DNA of 64,000 bases from an uncultured Bacilli bacterium. Lineage in GTDB: Bacteria; Bacillota_I; Bacilli_A; RF39; UBA660. Positions 57,459 through 64,000 of this stretch are shown piece by piece. The stretch lies in NCBI GenBank assembly GCA_949425575.1, contig CASPVX010000001.1:10789-74788 (forward strand), read 5' to 3'. The stretch's first letter is position 1. Each line of letters opens with the position of its first letter. The translations under genes and the position numbers were made by a program. Under the pieces are notes generated by a model that ran no database searches, was not told the origin of the DNA, and saw only the letters and a list, made by a program, of their open reading frames with translations.

Positions 57459-58856
57459 TTATTTTTGGTTATCTAAAAATAAACCTTTGTAATATTTCCA
57501 TGCTAGAACCCTAAGTGCAGCTTTATCGACTACTTTTTCGCTTAAAGTTCCCTCATTAACAGCTTTTAATAATGTATTAACACTACCTTCTGAATCAGTT
57601 ACAATTAATAAATCATTACCTGCCATAAGGGCCTTTACAAGTGCATCAGAATCAGTAATAGCTGCCATTGAAAGATCATCAGTAATAGAAATGCCAGTAA
57701 ACCCAACTTCATTTGTTAATAAGTTATGTACACTTGCAGAAAGTGTAGCTGGATTCTTAGAATCAACACTACTAACTATACTATGACCTACTAAAACTGC
57801 TTCTGCACCTGCTTTAACACCAGATATAAAAGGAGGTAAATCATTTTTTACAAGTTCTTCATATGTTCTACTATCAGTAGATATTCCATTATGTGTGTCT
57901 TTATTATTTCCATACCCAGGGAAATGTTTTAATGTATAAGAAACACCAGTTCCTTTGCTTGCTTGTATAACTGTTTTAGCATAATCAGATGTAACGTCTG
58001 TATTTTGGCCTAATGTTCTTTTATAAATATATGAATCTTTATCATCAGAAACATCAACTACAGGTGCTAAATTAACATTGATTCCTAAATTCTCTAAAAT
58101 TTTACTTTTATTTATAGTATCATTTTTAATTAAGTTAAGTCCTCCTGTATTATATAATTCCTGTGATGATTTAAATGGCTCAGATACCAATTTTGAATTA
58201 CTACTAACCCTAATTACAGAACCACCTTCTTCATCAACAGCAATTAATAATGGAATCTTTGATGATCTTTGTAATGAATTAATATGTTTTATAACCTCAT
58301 TAGGGGTTTTTCCATCAAAATCTCTTTTGTATAAAATATAACCACTATAATTATTTCTTTGTAATGCTTCAATTTGATTATTTTCTGGGGCACCTGCTAA
58401 AATAACTTGACCAATTTTCTCTTGTGTTGTCATTTTATTTAAAGTATTATAAGCCATTTTATAAAAATCTTTAAACATTCCATTATCGAAAAGAGAATCA
58501 TCGTCTGCTACATCCATTTTAGCCACCTTTAAAATCGATGCAGTTTGTTCACATGTATTTTTATTTAAAGTTCCTTTATAGTTAAAAACAAAACTATCCC
58601 CAATCGTTAAATTTCCATCATCTTTAAATTTTTTAAATGTATAAATTAAGTTTTCATCATCTTGAATCGTAAGCTCATCACTAGACACAGATAAAATTTT
58701 TCCGCTTATTTCCTCAGATGTTTCTAAATCACGATTTTCTTTTTTATGATTAATAGTTAAAATGACAAATACTATTAATATAATGATCGCAACAATACCT
58801 AAAATTTTTACTTTATTCATAATCCTTCTCCTCCTATGGCAAGTATATGCGGACAA
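57459..58856 (-). CDS. glycoside hydrolase family 3 beta-N-acetylhexosaminidase (NagZ/YbbD-like), membrane anchored
   Basis: An N-terminal transmembrane segment precedes a GH3 catalytic domain with KHFPGYG and the catalytic Asp region. The likely start is MNKVKILGIV at about 58820. Confidence 0.8.
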   Translation of the reverse strand: MSAYTCHRRRRIMNKVKILGIVAIIILIVFVILTINHKKENRDLETSEEISGKILSVSSDELTIQDDENLIYTFKKFKDDGNLTIGDSFVFNYKGTLNKNTCEQTASILKVAKMDVADDDSLFDNGMFKDFYKMAYNTLNKMTTQEKIGQVILAGAPENNQIEALQRNNYSGYILYKRDFDGKTPNEVIKHINSLQRSSKIPLLIAVDEEGGSVIRVSSNSKLVSEPFKSSQELYNTGGLNLIKNDTINKSKILENLGINVNLAPVVDVSDDKDSYIYKRTLGQNTDVTSDYAKTVIQASKGTGVSYTLKHFPGYGNNKDTHNGISTDSRTYEELVKNDLPPFISGVKAGAEAVLVGHSIVSSVDSKNPATLSASVHNLLTNEVGFTGISITDDLSMAAITDSDALVKALMAGNDLLIVTDSEGSVNTLLKAVNEGTLSEKVVDKAALRVLAWKYYKGLFLDNQK

Positions 58857-59125
58857 ATAAGATTAAATGTATTTAATTAATTTCTTTTTATTTAATATGA
58901 TTAATTAGGTGATATAAATGTCTATGCGAATCTTTTTTTTCTTATTAGGTTTTGGGCTAAGTGTTATTGGATGTGTTTATATCATTAGTTATATGAATTT
59001 GATGGCATTAGGGTATAATTTTTTAGATTATGTAAATTTTATTTGTAGAAAGTTTGAATGTTTAATTGCACCTATTGGTTTATTTATTACCTTTTTAGCA
59101 ATTTACATACCGAAAGGAGAAAAAG

Positions 59126-59764
59126 ATGAACTTTATTTACGACATAATATTAAATTTTAATGATGAATTATACGAAAGTTTTGAATGGGAAATTGGAGAT
59201 ACACTTCTCCATGTAAAAAAAATGCCTATTTTTAGGCTACCCAAAAAAGATTACTTTAATATTAAAAACAATAAAATAATATTTGATGAAGAAGTTTCAC
59301 AAAAAATTTATAAACAAAGTAATGTTTATAAAAACAGTAGAATAAATGGAGAATACTATATTGCTTTAATCGCATTTGAAGAAGAAGCAATTGCGATTAA
59401 ATTAAATAATAAAGGCGAATTACTACAAAAAAGTCACTTGCTAATTGATGAAGAAAGAAGCACATTAAAAGTTGTTCATAGGTTAGAAACAACTCACCTT
59501 AATTACAAATTAGTAAATTCTGAAAATACTAACCCTTACTTAACTAGACAAGAAAAAAATGATATTAAAAGGATAATTAATAAAATCACTAAATTATATA
59601 AAAATAAAGAGAAAAGTAAGTTAGAATACCTTTATTTAGAATGTTTTAACAAAAAAGAAAAAAATATAGATATCATTTTTGAAAATTTAAAAAAAGAAGT
59701 TGTAAAAACTTCTGATATATTTAATAAAATAATAGATTTTTTTGAATTAATTAAACAAAAATAA
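59126..59764 (+). CDS. hypothetical protein (Lys-rich, helical)
   Basis: 212-aa ORF with a GGAG RBS (AAAGGAGAAAAAG) upstream and no motif. Confidence 0.4.
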   Translation: MNFIYDIILNFNDELYESFEWEIGDTLLHVKKMPIFRLPKKDYFNIKNNKIIFDEEVSQKIYKQSNVYKNSRINGEYYIALIAFEEEAIAIKLNNKGELLQKSHLLIDEERSTLKVVHRLETTHLNYKLVNSENTNPYLTRQEKNDIKRIINKITKLYKNKEKSKLEYLYLECFNKKEKNIDIIFENLKKEVVKTSDIFNKIIDFFELIKQK

Positions 59765-59776
59765 AAAGGATATTTA

Positions 59777-60304
59777 TTAATATCCTAAATAATTTTTTAT
59801 CATTGGCAAAGCAATAATAAATGCTACGATTATGATCACAAGTGCTAAAATTAATACAACAGCACCTTTTGATCCTTTTTTTGTTTTTTCCTCAGTTACC
59901 TCTTCGGTTACAGAAGCTGTTTCTACTGGAGCTACTGCAGGTGCAGGTGCTACAGGTGTTTCAGTCACTGGAGCTACTGGAGTAACTGTCTCAGCAGCAG
60001 GTGCAACTGGTACAGATGCATTTGCTTCTGGAGCAGCAGGAACTGGAGTTACAGTTTCTACTGGTGCAGGAGTTACTACGGCTGGAGCTTCAGGGGCAAC
60101 AGCAGATACTGAAGTAGCTGCAACAGGTTGTGTTGGAGCTGGTTGAACTGGAGCAGGTGCTACAGTTTGGGCAGCCCCTCCAAATACTTGTCCAGCTGAT
60201 GCTTCAGGGGCAACAGCAGGTGTTGAAGCTGGAGTTACAGTTTCTGCAGCATCACCAAATACAGTTGTTGGAGTCTCTTCAATATTTTCTTTAGGTTCGT
60301 TCAT
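59777..60304 (-). CDS. tail-anchored membrane protein with Pro/Ala/Val/Thr-rich repetitive N-terminal region
   Basis: 175 aa with repeated TVTPV/APAPA/VETV-type units, then C-terminal transmembrane segment AVVLILALVIIIVAFIIALPMI. The local sequence is GC-rich relative to its surroundings. Confidence 0.5.
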   Translation of the reverse strand: MNEPKENIEETPTTVFGDAAETVTPASTPAVAPEASAGQVFGGAAQTVAPAPVQPAPTQPVAATSVSAVAPEAPAVVTPAPVETVTPVPAAPEANASVPVAPAAETVTPVAPVTETPVAPAPAVAPVETASVTEEVTEEKTKKGSKGAVVLILALVIIIVAFIIALPMIKNYLGY

Positions 60305-60407
60305 TTTAAATACCTCCTATTCTTAACATATTATAACAGACTTTATTTCAAAAATAAAGTTTTTTTAATATAAAGTTATTTTCAAAAAAAATGCACAAAA
60401 AGTGCAT

Positions 60408-62384
<1,977 letters not shown>

Positions 62385-62498
62385 TTATCACCATTATTTA
62401 TTATAACCTAAACTATATAAAACATCAATAAAATTAACATAATATAAGCCAGTCACTATCTGCAAATTTTTTTATAAAATTAAAAACTTTAGATTTTT

Positions 62499-63350
62499 CT
62501 AAAGTTCTTTTTGTTTTAAAAATGATTTAAACTCTTTTAAGTCTTCCCTATTAAGTGCGAAATCAACATTTGCTTTTAAATAGCCAATCTTACTACCTAT
62601 ATTATAATAAGTACCTTCAAATGGACAAGCTCTCATTTCTTGATATTTCATAAGTGGTTCAAAAGTTAAAGTAAATTGATATTCTCCATTAGGACTCATT
62701 TCTAATCTATCTAATTCATTAAATACTTCAGGATTTAATACATATCTTCCCACTCCAGCATAATTACTTGGAGCTTCTCCAACTTTTGGTTTTTCAACAA
62801 AAGAATCAATTATATTTGTTCCTTCTTTAAGCTTCATAATACCATAATTACAAACTTCTTCTGGATTAACTTCTAATGCTGCAATAACATTACACCCATA
62901 TTCTTCATGAATATCAATTAGTTGTTTTAAAACTGGTTTACCATTATACATCATTAAATCATCACCATATAAAAGTGCAAAAGGTTCTCCATCAACAAAA
63001 TCTTTTGCCATTTTTATGGCCATTCCATTCCCAGAGAATGTATCTTCATAGGCAAAATCTATTGTTATATCATAGTTAGTTTCCTCTACTAATTTAAGTA
63101 AATCAAATTTACCCTTTTCTTCTAAATGATTTTCTAAATCAATATCTTCAGTAAAATAGTTTTCTATCTCTGGTTTATTGTGACTAGAAACAATTAGAAT
63201 TTCTGTTATTCCACTTTCAATAGCCTCTTCTACAATATATTGTAAATTAGGTTTATCCACAATTGGAAGCATTTCTTTTGGCAATGATTTAGTTATTGGT
63301 AAAAATCTAGTTCCCAGTCCTGCAACTGGGATTACTGCTTTTCTAACCAT
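62499..63350 (-). CDS. galU: UTP--glucose-1-phosphate uridylyltransferase
   Basis: MVRKAVIPVAGLGTRFLPITKSLPKEMLPIVDKP matches the GalU N-terminal signature. The start is taken at the internal Met of the longer ORF. Confidence 0.85.
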   Translation of the reverse strand: MVRKAVIPVAGLGTRFLPITKSLPKEMLPIVDKPNLQYIVEEAIESGITEILIVSSHNKPEIENYFTEDIDLENHLEEKGKFDLLKLVEETNYDITIDFAYEDTFSGNGMAIKMAKDFVDGEPFALLYGDDLMMYNGKPVLKQLIDIHEEYGCNVIAALEVNPEEVCNYGIMKLKEGTNIIDSFVEKPKVGEAPSNYAGVGRYVLNPEVFNELDRLEMSPNGEYQFTLTFEPLMKYQEMRACPFEGTYYNIGSKIGYLKANVDFALNREDLKEFKSFLKQKEL

Positions 63351-63513
63351 TTTTATGAAGTGCTCCATAAACAATTGAAAAAACTAATACTCCTGCCAAA
63401 AACATTCCAAGCCAAAATATCGGATTTGAACCATGTTCAACAATAAAGTCTTTAATTGGTTCTCCTAAACTATTTAACCATTCAAAAAATCTTTGTATAA
63501 TCATATAATCACC

Positions 63514-64000
63514 CTACACCTTTCTAATACTCTTGTGACCTTTAATAAGTTTTTTTATGCCTATTGGATGAGCGAATGCTACTGTCAAAATCATTTTATT
63601 TATTCCTACAATAACACCTTTACCATAAGAATCATGAATAATTTTGTCGCCTACCAAATATTCAGCACTTTCATCAATCATTTCTTTTTTGTGGAAACTC
63701 TCTTTTACTTCCTCTTCATTTTTAACAAAATCTTTATCTAAATATTTATCATCTATTTCTTCAATAAACCTACTTGGAGGATTAGCATTTGTATTACCAT
63801 AAAGCATTCTTCTCCTAGCATTAAGCAAAGTCAAACTTTCTTTAGCTCTAGTAACAGCAACATAACATAGTCTTCTTTCCTCTTCAATATCCTCTCCATT
63901 ATTAAATGAATTGGTATGAGGAAAAATTCCTTCTTCTAATCCAATAATATAAACATGTTTAAACTCTAAACCTTTAGCTGAATGGACAGTCATTAGTGTT
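63514..64000 (-). CDS. pcrA: ATP-dependent DNA helicase PcrA/UvrD family, C-terminal part (gene continues past window end)
   Basis: The translation ...TVHSAKGLEFKHVYIIGLEEGIFPH...RRLCYVAVTRAKESL is helicase motif VI and the C-terminal domain. The ORF is open to the window edge, and the pcrA-ligA arrangement is conserved in Firmicutes. Confidence 0.8.
   Translation of the reverse strand, partial: TLMTVHSAKGLEFKHVYIIGLEEGIFPHTNSFNNGEDIEEERRLCYVAVTRAKESLTLLNARRRMLYGNTNANPPSRFIEEIDDKYLDKDFVKNEEEVKESFHKKEMIDESAEYLVGDKIIHDSYGKGVIVGINKMILTVAFAHPIGIKKLIKGHKSIRKV

Noticed and set aside
59832-60146. 104-aa plus-strand Ala/Thr/Gly-rich ORF
   Set aside because: It is the mirror frame of the Pro/Ala/Val repeat gene on the minus strand. 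The minus-strand ORF has the TM anchor and RBS.

Overview
This is a very low-GC (about 27%) Firmicutes chromosome segment from a spore-former. It carries a gerA-family germinant receptor operon (7737-11430) and a dacB-spmA-spmB sporulation operon (13245-15425). The decoded tmRNA tag ends ...LAFA-UAA-UAA, a Mollicutes/Erysipelotrichia-like ending rather than the clostridial ...LAA. Almost all genes are on the minus strand.

Housekeeping content:
- ABC exporters, one truncated at the window start (1-1183) and one complete (15485-17245).
- An ArgE/DapE-family M20 deacetylase plus GNAT-domain operon (4122-6226) preceded by an Arg-codon leader peptide and intrinsic terminator.
- rlmD-like methyltransferase, a ferredoxin and rluB.
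- tRNA-Thr and tRNA-Gln genes, followed by tmRNA, smpB and rnr.
- An Rpn-family nuclease, rmuC, a rhodanese, tRNA-Leu, scpA/scpB, a GH3 hexosaminidase, ligA, galU and the 3' end of pcrA.

The standout is a roughly 27 kb, single-strand, tightly packed cluster at 27750-54454. It fuses a complete Tad/Flp (type IVc) pilus biogenesis set with conjugation-type IV secretion components. The Tad set comprises CpaB-like, CpaF/TadA ATPase, TadB, TadC, a 55-aa Flp-like pilin, two TadE/F-like pseudopilins and a TadZ/CpaE-like protein with a degenerate Walker A. The T4SS set comprises a VirB6-like polytopic protein with a giant coiled-coil tail, a VirB3/PrgI-like protein, a VirB4 ATPase, a SpoIID+NlpC/P60 cell-wall hydrolase, and a VirD4/TraG coupling ATPase with its own promoter and terminator. 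The cluster also encodes many cysteine-rich exported proteins, including a 929-aa protein with about 45 Cys. I found no relaxase, no integrase and no att repeats, although a tRNA-Leu gene sits next to the cluster. I interpret it as a candidate undescribed Tad-pilus/T4SS hybrid apparatus. It could serve DNA transfer, DNA uptake or contact-dependent secretion/adhesion, and it is not a canonical ICE.
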